Assembly: GCA_963719225.1 (NCBI GenBank)
Contig: CAVRAY010000001.1
Location: 2,752,001 to 2,816,000 of the forward strand
From: Thermoanaerobaculia bacterium
Lineage (GTDB): Bacteria > Acidobacteriota > Thermoanaerobaculia > UBA5066
Direction: 5' to 3'
Length of the DNA: 64,000 bases
The notes below the pieces were generated by a model. That model saw nothing but the letters and a program-made list of their open reading frames with translations, was not told the DNA's origin and made no database searches. The first letter of the stretch is position 1; each line of letters starts with the position of its first letter. Positions 1 through 10,400 of this stretch are shown piece after piece. A program made the translations under genes and the position numbers.

Positions 1-1512
1 CGCTACTCCCCCGACGAGCTTCTCGTACAGCTTCTTGAAGAGGCTCTTCTCGGCGTCCTGCCGGGCGTCGTAGACCTTCATCTCGCGGAACAGCGGCTTC
101 ACGTAGCCGTCGACCGCTCCGTTCTTCACCTTGAGCTCGCAGAAGAACGAAAACGCGCCGGCCGTGACGTCGAACTTGCCGTACGCCCGGAGGAGATCGT
201 TCATGAGCCGCATGTCGGTTTCGTGGATGGAGACCGCGATGTCGAAGTCGGGGCCTTTCGCGTCCGGTCGGAACGTCGCCTTCGCCTCCGCGGGTCCGTT
301 CCCCAGAAAACGCCCGGAGGCGCGAACGATCGCGGGGCCGGTACGAAGGCCGTTCGAGAGATTCGTGGCCGTGACCGACGCGGCGGACACGAAGACGCGA
401 TAGGCCGGATCCCTCGCCTTGTTCACGAATCCGAGCTCGCTGTCGGCGATGACGAGCCGATCCACGCGGAGATCCGTGTGTGGCGCGGCGGCGGCTTTCT
501 TGGCCGCCTGCTTCACGGCCTCGACTTGAGCCTTCTCCTTCGGCGCCGTGCCGGCCGTGTGGAGGTAGTCGATCGTGACTTTCCGGAGGCCGAGCTCGCG
601 CACGTGGACGACCTGGATGTTCGAGGCGGACTCGAGCTCGCCGGACGTCGACACGATCCCGCCCTTCACGACGAGGTTGGACCGGGCCACCAACGGCCGG
701 AACGGCCCGAGGGGAACGTCGACCAGGTCGAACAAGACGTGGAAACCGGGATAGGGCTCCGCGAGGAAGTCCGCGTGCCCCTCGATCGATCCCCGGCCGC
801 TCCCGAGGATCACGCCCGTCGCCTCGACCGGCGAAGGATAGACGTGCGCCTTCGAATGGATGTTGCGGATGTTCGTGGCGCGGATCTTGAGGCGCGTGAC
901 GCGCAGCGGCTCCGATTTTTCGTCGTCGATGTACGTGAGATCGCCGTCGTTCACCCGGAGGAGATTGATCTTCAGCGGGTAGATCGACTCGAGCGCCTGC
1001 TGCCATCCCCGTTGATTCACGGGAACGGCGTCCGCGACCTCCTTCAGCAGCTGCGGTCGATTCACGTGGAGCTCCGGCCGGTCGAAGAGAAAATCGGCGA
1101 CGAGGTGGAGCGTCAGGAGCTCCTTCCAATGCACGCTCGCCTTCAGGTGCGGCAGGGCCATCACCGGCGGATCGGGGTTCGCCAGCTGGGCCACCGAGAC
1201 GTTCCGCAGGGTGACCGAGAGGCCGAAGAGGTTGAGGTGGGCATGGCCGACCGAAGCCTTGTACCCCTTCAGCTTCTGGTTCATGTTCGATTCGATCGTG
1301 CGCCGGAGCGGCTCGTCTCCGAAGAACGTGGCGACGAAGAAGATCGCGAGGAGGACGCCGACCACTCCGAGGGGCCACCGCCAGCGCCGCCAGCGGGACG
1401 GCGCCGTCTGTCGATGGATCCGAGGCTCGGAGCGCTTCGGTTCGTCCCGTTCGACCCGCTCGTCCCGCTCGTCCGGTTCCTCGCCTTCGTGGCGTCGGAC
1501 AACTCTGCTCAC
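1..1512 (-). CDS. DUF748 domain-containing protein (AsmA-like), runs off the left window edge
   Basis: Manually translated open frame from GTG at 1512 to the edge: N-terminal TM anchor (WRWPLGVVGVLLAIFFVATFF), LRRTIESNMNQKLKGY, and QDAEKSLFKKLYEKLVGGVA at the edge. Absent from the ORF track because it is truncated. Confidence 0.75.
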   Translation of the reverse strand, partial: MSRVVRRHEGEEPDERDERVERDEPKRSEPRIHRQTAPSRWRRWRWPLGVVGVLLAIFFVATFFGDEPLRRTIESNMNQKLKGYKASVGHAHLNLFGLSVTLRNVSVAQLANPDPPVMALPHLKASVHWKELLTLHLVADFLFDRPELHVNRPQLLKEVADAVPVNQRGWQQALESIYPLKINLLRVNDGDLTYIDDEKSEPLRVTRLKIRATNIRNIHSKAHVYPSPVEATGVILGSGRGSIEGHADFLAEPYPGFHVLFDLVDVPLGPFRPLVARSNLVVKGGIVSTSGELESASNIQVVHVRELGLRKVTIDYLHTAGTAPKEKAQVEAVKQAAKKAAAAPHTDLRVDRLVIADSELGFVNKARDPAYRVFVSAASVTATNLSNGLRTGPAIVRASGRFLGNGPAEAKATFRPDAKGPDFDIAVSIHETDMRLMNDLLRAYGKFDVTAGAFSFFCELKVKNGAVDGYVKPLFREMKVYDARQDAEKSLFKKLYEKLVGGVA

Positions 1513-1584
1513 CCAAGGCGGGGAGCAAGTGGAATGCCACAGGTCCCGGAAGAAAATTCCAGCCGGTGTGCGGACGAGAACCCT

Positions 1585-2787
1585 CTAGACGAGCTTGAGG
1601 ATGTGCCCCATTTTGGCCTTCTTCGTCGTCAGGTAGTCGCGCGTGCCGTCCGTGGGAGGAATTTCAAGCGGGACGCGCTCGACGATCTCGAGGCCGTAGC
1701 CGTCGATGGCGACGTACTTCGACGGGTTGTTCGTGAGGAGGCGGATCTTGCGCACGCCGAGGTCCCGCAGGATCTGGCAGCCGATGCCGTAGTCGCGGAC
1801 GTCGGGCGCGAAGCCGAGCTTCTCGTTCGCGGCCACGGTGTCGAGGCCCTGCTCCTGCAGCTCGTAGGCCCGCAGCTTGTTCACGAGACCGATGCCCCGG
1901 CCCTCCTGGAGGAGATAGAGGAGGACGCCCTTGCCTTCCCGCGCGATCAGCTCCATCGCGCGCTCGAGCTGCGTCCCGCAGTCGCAGCGCTCCGAGTGGA
2001 AAACGTCGCCGGTGAGGCAGGAGGAATGGACGCGGACGAGGACCGGCTCGTCCTCGCTCCACTCTCCCGCCACGAGCGCGACGTGCTCCTCGTGCGTGAC
2101 GTCGGACCGGTAGGCGACGACGCGGAACAGGCCGCGGCGCGTCGGCAGCGTGGGCGAGGCCAGGCGCTGCACGAGGCGTTCGGTGCGCATCCGGTGGCGG
2201 ATGATGTCGGCCACGGACACGATCGGGATGCCGTGCTTCTCGGAGACGAGGAGAAGGTCCGGGACGCGGGCCATCGTCCCGTCCTCGTTCATGATCTCGC
2301 AGATGACGGCGGCGGGCGCGAGGCCGGCGATGCGCGCGAGGTCGACGGACGCCTCCGTCTGACCCGCCCGCTTCAGGACGCCGCCCTTCCGCGCTCTCAG
2401 CGGGAACGTGTGGCCGGGCCTCAGCAGGTCGTGGGGCTTCGTCTTCGGGTCGATGAGCGTCTTCACCGTCACCGCGCGGTCGGCCGCCGAGATGCCCGTC
2501 GTCGTCTTGCCGCGCGCCTCGACGGACACGGTGAAGGCCGTCCCGTAGTTGGACGTGTTCTGTTCGACCATCGGGTGCAGGTCCAGCTCGTCGCAGCGCT
2601 CTTCCGTCAAGGAGACGCAGACGAGGCCGCGGCCTTCGCGCGCCATGAAATTGATCGCGGCCGGCGTGACGTGCTCGGCCGCGAGGCACAGGTCGCCCTC
2701 GTTCTCGCGGTCCTCATCGTCGACGATGATCACGAAGCGGCCCTGCTTGTAGGCAGCCGCTGCCTGGGTGACGGAAACGAATCCCAC
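1585..2787 (-). CDS. ribBA: Bifunctional 3,4-dihydroxy-2-butanone 4-phosphate synthase / GTP cyclohydrolase II
   Basis: [49 protein letters not shown] and LLTNNP motifs. Confidence 0.97.
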   Translation of the reverse strand: MGFVSVTQAAAAYKQGRFVIIVDDEDRENEGDLCLAAEHVTPAAINFMAREGRGLVCVSLTEERCDELDLHPMVEQNTSNYGTAFTVSVEARGKTTTGISAADRAVTVKTLIDPKTKPHDLLRPGHTFPLRARKGGVLKRAGQTEASVDLARIAGLAPAAVICEIMNEDGTMARVPDLLLVSEKHGIPIVSVADIIRHRMRTERLVQRLASPTLPTRRGLFRVVAYRSDVTHEEHVALVAGEWSEDEPVLVRVHSSCLTGDVFHSERCDCGTQLERAMELIAREGKGVLLYLLQEGRGIGLVNKLRAYELQEQGLDTVAANEKLGFAPDVRDYGIGCQILRDLGVRKIRLLTNNPSKYVAIDGYGLEIVERVPLEIPPTDGTRDYLTTKKAKMGHILKLV

Positions 2788-2835
2788 TTTTTTCGTCCTT
2801 TCGGAATCCCAACGCGCCGCCGCGGGCGCCGCGCG

Positions 2836-4209
2836 TCAATTGTATCGGGAGGCGCCCGACCCGCCGGCCGGCGAGCCTCCGTCGAGGCGGTATCCCTTGA
2901 AGGGATGGTTCGCCAGGACGGACCTCTTCCCGATCTCCTTGACGAGAGTCTTCAGAAAGCCCTCGAACTGATGGGCGGCGGGCAGGAAGGACCTCGGCGG
3001 CCGCTCGCGGGAGAAACCGGCGAGGAAACGCTCGAACAGCGACCAGTCCTTGAACATGAGGTGACGCATGCCGCTCCGGCGGAAGGATTCGAGCTCGGCC
3101 ACGAGAGTCTTGAGCGACTTCTTGTCCGGCGCCTTCACGAAGTCGTGGGTCGCCTTCACGAGCTGGGAGATCTCGTCCCTCAGGACGAGGCTCTGGTCGA
3201 GCCGCGTCCGGTACTCGGGGAAGAGCGTCCGCTCGTCGAGCCCGGACGAGAAGGTCTCGGCCAGCGCGATGACGCTCTGCTGGTAGAGGTCGCGCACCAG
3301 GGCGGCCGCGTCCTCGAGGCGCGTGAGGACGAGGGCCGGATCCTTCATGAGCACGACGTCGACGAGCTCGACGTCCATGACCTTCTTCACCTCCGCCTCG
3401 AATGCGGTGACGATGCGTCGAAGCCCTGCGGCCTGGGGCGACGCTTCCGGGAAGCGTGGCGCGAGACGCTTCGAGATGAACGACGAGATCGACTCGCTCT
3501 CACCCTTGAGGAGGCTGAAGACGAGAAGAGCACGGGTGCGCGTCAGGGGCGACCCGGCCGCGGTGCGCGCGCGGTCCGCGTAGCGCAGGCCCTTGAAGAG
3601 CGCCACGAAGAGAGCTGCGAGCGCGCCCCGGTGCGAGGGTTCGGGCAGGCTCTCGAGCACCCGGCCGAGCGACTGCTTCGACTCCTTGTCGAGGACCGGC
3701 CTCAGGTTCTCGCGGAAGAGAACGCCGAGATTGGGATCGTGCCGGAGCGTGCCGACCACGATCCGGCCGAGCGACAGGTACGTCTGGAGCGCGACGAACG
3801 GCGCCCGCGAGAGCTCGTCGAGGATCTTCGCGAAGTCCTCGAGCTTCTCGACGACGAGCGCGAGCTCCGTCTCGGCGTTCCCGCGGCGGCGCGCGGCCAT
3901 CTCGCCGCTGCCCGTCCGCTGGACCTGGCTGTCGAGGTACACGAGGAACGACGCGAGGTCTTCCTTCCCTTCCCCGAGGAGCTGCGTCGTCAGCATCGCC
4001 ATGTGGGCCACGCCGGCGCGTACGGCTCCCACTTCCTCGACGTAGTTCTTGAGCGACGCGTGCGAACGCTCGAACGCCGAGAGCGGCAGGCAGTCGATCT
4101 GGAAGAACCGCTCGAGGCCCCTCAGCCACATCTCCATCTCGAACAGGTAGTCGTACTTGACGCGGTTCGAAAAGAGCGCCGAAGTCTCGAGAACCGTGAA
4201 GCGGGGCAT
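2836..4209 (-). CDS. Hypothetical alpha-helical protein, 457 aa
   Basis: Long ORF with normal amino-acid composition and a TAGAAT box 5 nt before the ATG; no recognised motif. Confidence 0.75.
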   Translation of the reverse strand: MPRFTVLETSALFSNRVKYDYLFEMEMWLRGLERFFQIDCLPLSAFERSHASLKNYVEEVGAVRAGVAHMAMLTTQLLGEGKEDLASFLVYLDSQVQRTGSGEMAARRRGNAETELALVVEKLEDFAKILDELSRAPFVALQTYLSLGRIVVGTLRHDPNLGVLFRENLRPVLDKESKQSLGRVLESLPEPSHRGALAALFVALFKGLRYADRARTAAGSPLTRTRALLVFSLLKGESESISSFISKRLAPRFPEASPQAAGLRRIVTAFEAEVKKVMDVELVDVVLMKDPALVLTRLEDAAALVRDLYQQSVIALAETFSSGLDERTLFPEYRTRLDQSLVLRDEISQLVKATHDFVKAPDKKSLKTLVAELESFRRSGMRHLMFKDWSLFERFLAGFSRERPPRSFLPAAHQFEGFLKTLVKEIGKRSVLANHPFKGYRLDGGSPAGGSGASRYN

Positions 4210-4242
4210 GGACCATTCTAAGCCCGCCCTGATTCATCTGCA

Positions 4243-4278
4243 TGAGAGTCTCGCGCCGCCTGGCGCGCGAGACTCTCA
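4243..4278. repeat. Perfect 14-bp inverted repeat in a divergent intergenic region
   Basis: TGAGAGTCTCGCGC-N8-GCGCGAGACTCTCA. Confidence 0.8.
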
Positions 4279-4281
4279 ACC

Positions 4282-4674
4282 GTGCGCGAGGCGACGCAGC
4301 CGCTTCCCGATCATTACCTGACGAGCCCGCGGCTCCGGCGCGAACGCCGGACGCTCGAGGCGATGCTTCGTATCTACTGCGGCGCGCACGACCACCAGAC
4401 GCCGGAGAACCGTCTTTGCGGCGGCTGTGCCGATCTGAGGGACTACGCGGCCGCACGGCTGAGGCACTGCCCCTACGGCGACGAGAAGCCCACGTGCGCG
4501 AGCTGTCCCATTCATTGCTACCGTCCCGACCGCCGCGAGCGCGTGAAGGAGGTCATGCGATTCTCGGGGCCGCGCATGCTCCTCTTCCATCCCGTCCTCG
4601 CGGTCCGGCACCTCCGCGACGAGCGGCGGCGGGCTCCCGCCCGTCCCGCGGCCGCGAGGCTTCAGAAGGGATAG
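4282..4674 (+). CDS. YgbA-like (nitrous oxide-stimulated promoter family) Cys-rich protein
   Basis: RERRTLEAMLRIYC...LCGGC...RLRHCPYGDEKPTCASCPIHCY...VMRFSGPRML pattern. Confidence 0.88.
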   Translation: MREATQPLPDHYLTSPRLRRERRTLEAMLRIYCGAHDHQTPENRLCGGCADLRDYAAARLRHCPYGDEKPTCASCPIHCYRPDRRERVKEVMRFSGPRMLLFHPVLAVRHLRDERRRAPARPAAARLQKG

Positions 4675-7466
4675 CCGACGGCGAACGCGAAGGCGCCGGC
4701 GTCCTCGCCCGGCTTGCGGTCGAGCTTCAGGCCGTACTCGAGGCGGATCGGACCGACCGGCGTCTGGTAGTGGAGGCCGAAGCCCGCACCGGAGCGGAGC
4801 TGTCCCAGACTGACGGTGCCCGGGTCGGCCCAGACGTTGCCGACGTCGAAAAAGAGCGCCGCCTCGAAGCCGCTGGCGACCGGAATGCGCCATTCGGCGT
4901 TCGCGATGAGCTCGACCGTCCCGCCGACGCCCACGCCGTCGGCATTCAGGGTTTCGCCCGGGATGCCGAGGTTGTCGCGCGGAAACGCGCGGTGGGTCGA
5001 CGACCCGCCCGCGAACAGACGCTCGGGAACGGGCACGATGAGATTCGGAGAGCAGGTCCCGGCCTCCTGCAGCTCCGGCGGGCACGCCTGACGGTTCCAG
5101 ATGATCCCGCCGCGCACCGAGAAGACGAACCGGGTCGTGCCGTAAGGCCGATAGAGGGCCGCCTGGAGGAGCGACTTGACGAAATCCGCGTCGGCGGTGA
5201 GGAAAGGGAAGGCGTACTTGACGTCCGCGGCCAGGAACGTTCCCGAACGCGGGTTCAGGGGGTCGTCCCGCCGGTCCCAGGTGACCCCGCCGGCGATCGA
5301 GCTGATGCGGCTCGGCTGGTTCGCGCGCTGGTCTGCGCCGAGCCCCGGGTCGGAGCTCGGATCCACGAGCTCGTACTGGTAGCGCAGGCCCGTCCGCAGC
5401 GAGGTCGACGGGTGGTACTCCACTTGAAGGAAGGCGCCCGTACGCTTCACGAGAATGTCCGAGAAGAAGTCGTTCGTGCGGTATGCGGCCACCGAGACGG
5501 GGACGAGGCCGCCGAAGAGCGAGCGGTCCCGCGCAGACAGGATGATCCGCGGGTCGCGATTCGAGAGTCGCCCTTCACCGCTGACCTCGAGCGCGCGTCC
5601 GAAGAGATTGTTGTAGGACACGCCGAGGGAAAGTCGCGCGGAGAGGTCGCTGCCGGCCGCCCGGGGCTGGTATTCGGCGCCGATGCCGTACGTGAGGCTC
5701 CACGGACGCGCTTCGGAGACGGTGACGAGCACGGCGCGGGACAGGGTCTCCGGGTCGGTCGAAAACGTGGAGACCTCGATCTTCTGGAAAATGCCGAGAC
5801 GCGCGAGATTCTGCTGCGTTTGGAGAAGCTTCGTGAGAGAGAACGGTGAGCCTTCCTTGTTCGCGAGGCGGTCCTCCACGATGAAAGGCTGGGTCCTCCG
5901 ATTTCCGCGCAGGATGGTCTTGCCGAAGGTCACGGGGGTGCCTTCGGTCACCTTGTACGTCACTTCCGCCCGCTCTCCCTCCGGCGGAACCGGATCCGGA
6001 AAGCGCACGGAGGACTCCACCTTCGCGTCCACGTAGCCCTGATCGACGTAGAGGGACTGAAGCAGCGCCGCGTCGTCGCTGACCGAAGATTCCGAGTACG
6101 GGAGGCCCGCCTGGACGACGAGACGCGGGAGGAGCGTCTTCTCCGGCATCGTCTTGATGCCCGTCACCGTCCGCGTCGCGACGTACGTCCTGAGCCCCTC
6201 CTCGACCTTGAACGTCACGTCGAGCGTGTCCCGCGAGGCCCCCTCGATGGCGGCGGGAGGCGACACCCTCGCGTATCGGAATCCGTTGGCACGATAGAGC
6301 GCCTCGAGGGCGTCCCGGTCCGCCGCCGCGTCTCCCTCCACGTATCGTCCCGCCTCGAGAAAACCGCGCGGGCGCATCTGGATCGCGCCGAAGACCTCCT
6401 TTCGCGACAGGCTCGTCACCCCCGTCACCTTCACGGAGGCGATCGTCCATCGCTCTCCTTTCTCGATCGTGAACACCACGAGCTCCTCGTCCGCCGTGGT
6501 CTCGAACGTGACGTCCACCTTCGCGCGTGCGTAGCCGCTTTCCTGGTACGTGCGCTTGAGGCCGTCTTTCAGGAGCTGGAGAGAGTCCTCATCCGAGGGC
6601 TCGCCGCGTGTCCACGGCGAGTCGGGATGCGCGCGCACGACCTTTTCGCTCTCGCCCGTGACCTTCAGGACGACGCGCGGGCCGACGAAGAGAGCGTAAT
6701 GCGGAATCACGACCGCTGAGGCGGCGTCGTACGACTCGTCGTCGAGGCGCACCTCCGCGCGCGAATACCCGGCCTTCCGGTAGGCCGCCGCATAGCGTTC
6801 CGCGTCCTCTCGCGCCGCGGCCCCGCGGTAGAACCTCCCCTTTTTCGATTTCGCCTTCGCGAGCAGAGTCGCCTCGTCGAGGGGCGCGATCGGCGCCGAG
6901 AAGCGCGGCGCTCCCGCGAGCGCGCGCGGCCCCCTTTCCACCTCGAACCGGACGACCACCGAGGTCTCGTCGGCGCCGGCTTCTACGACCGTCGCGATCT
7001 TCGGGCCGAAGTACCCCTCCTCGCGCAGGACGCGCCGGATCTCGGCTTCGTATCGGGGCTTGAGATCGCTCTGCCACGGATTCCCGGGCCCGAGACCGAT
7101 GGCGTCGAGGACACGGCCGGACGCGGGCACCCCCGACGAGAGCGTGAGCCGCTCGATCCGCGGCGCCGCTGAAAAAACGACGACCACGACGGAGCCGGCG
7201 GGCGAGGGCGACGCCTCGACGGCGAGGTCGGAAAAGAGGCGCGTCGCGAAGAGGTTGCGAAGGCTCGTCCGGACGGCCTCGCCCGTCAGGGTACGGCCCG
7301 GTGCGAGCTCGGTCAGGGCCGCGAGCCGCTCCTCGTCGACCGGGGCATCTCCGCGAAAGGACAGGGAGGCGATACCCGTTCCGTAGAACGTCGTCTCGGC
7401 GGCCCCGCGCGCCGCGACGAAAAGGAGCGTTCCGAGGCCGAGAAGAACGGCGCGGAACGATCTCAT
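4662..7466 (-). CDS. Omp85 family outer-membrane assembly factor (BamA/TamA-like, POTRA repeats plus beta-barrel)
   Basis: Signal peptide MRSFRAVLL at ATG 7466 overlapping the TamB stop; POTRA-like repeats; FAGGSSTHRAF, TPVGPIRLEYG and terminal VGYPF. Confidence 0.9.
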   Translation of the reverse strand: MRSFRAVLLGLGTLLFVAARGAAETTFYGTGIASLSFRGDAPVDEERLAALTELAPGRTLTGEAVRTSLRNLFATRLFSDLAVEASPSPAGSVVVVVFSAAPRIERLTLSSGVPASGRVLDAIGLGPGNPWQSDLKPRYEAEIRRVLREEGYFGPKIATVVEAGADETSVVVRFEVERGPRALAGAPRFSAPIAPLDEATLLAKAKSKKGRFYRGAAAREDAERYAAAYRKAGYSRAEVRLDDESYDAASAVVIPHYALFVGPRVVLKVTGESEKVVRAHPDSPWTRGEPSDEDSLQLLKDGLKRTYQESGYARAKVDVTFETTADEELVVFTIEKGERWTIASVKVTGVTSLSRKEVFGAIQMRPRGFLEAGRYVEGDAAADRDALEALYRANGFRYARVSPPAAIEGASRDTLDVTFKVEEGLRTYVATRTVTGIKTMPEKTLLPRLVVQAGLPYSESSVSDDAALLQSLYVDQGYVDAKVESSVRFPDPVPPEGERAEVTYKVTEGTPVTFGKTILRGNRRTQPFIVEDRLANKEGSPFSLTKLLQTQQNLARLGIFQKIEVSTFSTDPETLSRAVLVTVSEARPWSLTYGIGAEYQPRAAGSDLSARLSLGVSYNNLFGRALEVSGEGRLSNRDPRIILSARDRSLFGGLVPVSVAAYRTNDFFSDILVKRTGAFLQVEYHPSTSLRTGLRYQYELVDPSSDPGLGADQRANQPSRISSIAGGVTWDRRDDPLNPRSGTFLAADVKYAFPFLTADADFVKSLLQAALYRPYGTTRFVFSVRGGIIWNRQACPPELQEAGTCSPNLIVPVPERLFAGGSSTHRAFPRDNLGIPGETLNADGVGVGGTVELIANAEWRIPVASGFEAALFFDVGNVWADPGTVSLGQLRSGAGFGLHYQTPVGPIRLEYGLKLDRKPGEDAGAFAFAVGYPF

Positions 7467-10400
7467 CGCAGGCGCTGCCGGATGCGCAGCTCGAGCGAAT
7501 AGATTCCATTCTCGTCGAGCCGGGCCTGAATGGCTGCCGCGGGAGTGAGCTGGTAGTCGAGGGTGATGATCTGCTGCTGATTGCTCGACAGCACGAAGGA
7601 GACGGTCGCGTTGAAGTCCTTCCCGAGGCTCTTTCCGACGGTGACGCGCGGCGCGTCGAAGGACGTGCCCGTGATCGTGGGGTCGATCTGGAACCGGTCC
7701 AGCCGGAAAAACTCCTTCGTCCGGCTCGTGACGGCGGACGTCGCGAGGCTCGCGAGGAGCTCGCGTGCCGCCTTCGACACGGAATCGTCGGACGAGATCG
7801 GAGACCCTCCGACGGGCGCCCCCGCGACGGCGTTCTGCGGAATGTCGCCCGAGGTCATGAGCGAAACGATCTGCGCCTCGGAGAGCTGCGGGTCGGAGGA
7901 GAACCGGGGCACGAGGCGCGAAGGAGTTCCCGTGAGGCCGAACGACACCTGGTAACGGCTCACCGTTCCCCGCGCCTCGAGCTCGAAGAAGGGCTCGATG
8001 CGCAGCGGGTTCGAGAAGAGGACCTTGGCCGACAGGATTTCGTAGCGCTGGCCCTGCAGCGTGAGCCGGCCGCCCTCCTCGCCGGTGACTTCGCCGAACA
8101 GGAGCGGATGGCCCCACGTTCCGCGCACGAAGAGCTCGCCCGAGAGCTTCAGGCGTGCCACGTTGTTGCGCACCTCGATCGAGGAGGCCGGCGCAACCAG
8201 CCGGACGTCGAGCGTGACCGCGTCGAACGCAGTCGGGTTTCCGGCCGTCACGGCGGCGCGCTTGCGGGCGAGAAGCGACGCGATGTCCAGGGAAAAGTCG
8301 CGGCTGTAGATGGCCCGGTCGAGGGAGAGGTCGCCGCGCACGGTTCGAAGGGCCGTGTCGCCCAGGAGCACGAGATCTCCGGAGAACGTGGCCCGGAACC
8401 CGTCGAACGGCGACGCGCGCACGTGGCCGACGTGCGCGCTCAACCGGAAGGACGTGGGTTTGAGGCCGGACAGCGAGATGAAGCCTCCGAGATCCACCGT
8501 CCCGCCGTTGTATCGAACCGAGAAGTCCCCGACCGTGACGCGATCCTCCGAGAACAGGAGCGTTCCCGTCATCGACTCGAATGCCGTCCCGGCCGAAGAC
8601 GTGAGGTCCACGCCGTCGAGCGAGAGCCGGCCGAGGAGCACGGGCTTGGCGGCCGTCCCGGACACCCTGAGGTCCACGGTCGCGCGCCCGGCGGCGTTCA
8701 TTCCCTCGAGCGCCGGCTTGAGGAGCGCAGCGTCGAACGACCCGACCGCGGCCACGTCGACGGCGTGAGGCGCGCTCAGCCCCACACTGCCCGAGATCGT
8801 GAGCGCCGTCGGCGGCGCGGGCGGCAGGTCTTCGCGCGGCAGCTCGACGAGCGCGAGCTTTTCGAGAGAGACCTTTCCGTTTTCCGCCTTGAGAACTGCC
8901 GGTGCGCGGAGCTCGAGCGTCCTCCCGTAGGCCGTGACACGCGCGGCGGACACCGTGCCCGCGCCCCGCAGGGCATCCACGTCCTTCCCGGCCGAGAGCG
9001 ACACCTCGGCGGAGAGCCGCCCGTCCAGGCGGGCCTCCTCCGGCAAGCCGAAGAGGGACGCGAACGGCGCGAGCGAAGACACCTCGATGCGGCCGCGCCA
9101 TCGATCTCTCGTCGCGTCGGGTTCGAGCGTGGCTTCGGCCGCATCGGGGGCGCGCGCCAGGAACGTGTAGACGCCGCGGACGGCCTTGACCTGGACCTCG
9201 AGCTGCGTGCCGATTCGCTCGAGCGGGCTCCCGCTCCATGCCGCGTCGGCGACGAGTGCCGCCACCGATAAGTTCGGCTCGTCGAGGGTCCCCGATCCCT
9301 TCACCTGCCCCGTGAGAGTCCCGGTCAGAGGCAATCCCTCGGCCGCGTCCAGCCGGGCGATGGGAATGGAGCGGAGGTCGAGATCGAGCTCGTACGCCCG
9401 GTCGGCGTATCGAAAGAAGCCGCCGAGGCGCGCGGTTCCGTCCGCCAGCCGCGCCGTCGCGTTCTCGACGGCGATCCGGTCCTTCTCGAAAGCCAGGACG
9501 CCTTCGAGCGCGTCGATCTTCTGTCCCCACAGGCTCGCCTGGGTCAGGACGAGCGGAATCCGCCCCGACAGGGCCGGGGTCACGCCGTTCAGCGGAAGGC
9601 GTCCCGTACCTGCGCCGGTGATCGGCAGGTCGATGTCGAGGAACTTCAGCACGCGCTCGATCGGCCAGGCGGAAAACTCCGCCACGAGTCCGTCCAGGCG
9701 ATAGGCGCCCATGAGGGCCCCGCCCCAGCCGATCTTCCCGGTGAGGGAGAGAGAGGCGTTCCCGTCCGTCGCGGTGAAAGGCGAGAAGGTCGCCACGTTC
9801 CGGTCCACGAGGAACGCCGCCGACGCCGTGCCGAAGGGAACGTTCCGGAGCACGAAGCCCGTGGCGTCGAGGCGCCCTTCGATGCGCGGATCCGAGAAGC
9901 TGCGGGAGAGGCGAGCGGCGATCCGGCCCGTTCCCCCGAGCCCGAGGGGCGGCGTCAACGGTTCGTTCTGGATGGCGGGATAGAAGTTATCCGCGAGGCG
10001 CTCGACCTCGGCGAGGTCGTCGGAAGCGATCTCGAGCTGGAGATCCGGCTCCCAGGTTCCGAGGCGAATCCCGCCGTCGACCCGGATCCTGGCGCCTCCC
10101 GCCGTCGCGAAGTTGACGCCGTCGAAGAGGAGATGCCCGTCGCGGACCTCGAGGGGACCGCCTCCGGAGACCGGAAGCGCGAAACGGCCCTCGACTGCCG
10201 AAGGGCGTCCCGGCTCGGGCGTCAGGGTCATGCGTCCGATCCCGTCGGCATGCTCGATTCCGCCGCGTCCGAAAGTGAGAGTCGTGTCGAGATCGACGCG
10301 TCCCTCGAGCCCGGTTCCCCGGAGCCCGAGGTCCCCGAAGAACTGTTCGAAGTCCAGGCCGTGGCCGCGCAGCGCGATGCGGACCGGGAGGGGCGGGTTC

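Noticed and set aside
223-4221. 1332-aa plus-strand ORF, and similar long ORFs at 34858-37758 (-), 46467-50450 (+), 53295-55607 (+) and 7301-9271 (+)
   Set aside because: Antisense shadows of real genes in high-GC DNA: Arg/Gly/Ala-rich, no motifs, and fully overlapping genes with clear family signatures.
7467-9530. N-terminal 690 aa of the 1622-aa ORF 4662-9530
   Set aside because: Off-frame overlap with tamB; the real Omp85 protein starts at ATG 7466 with a signal peptide.
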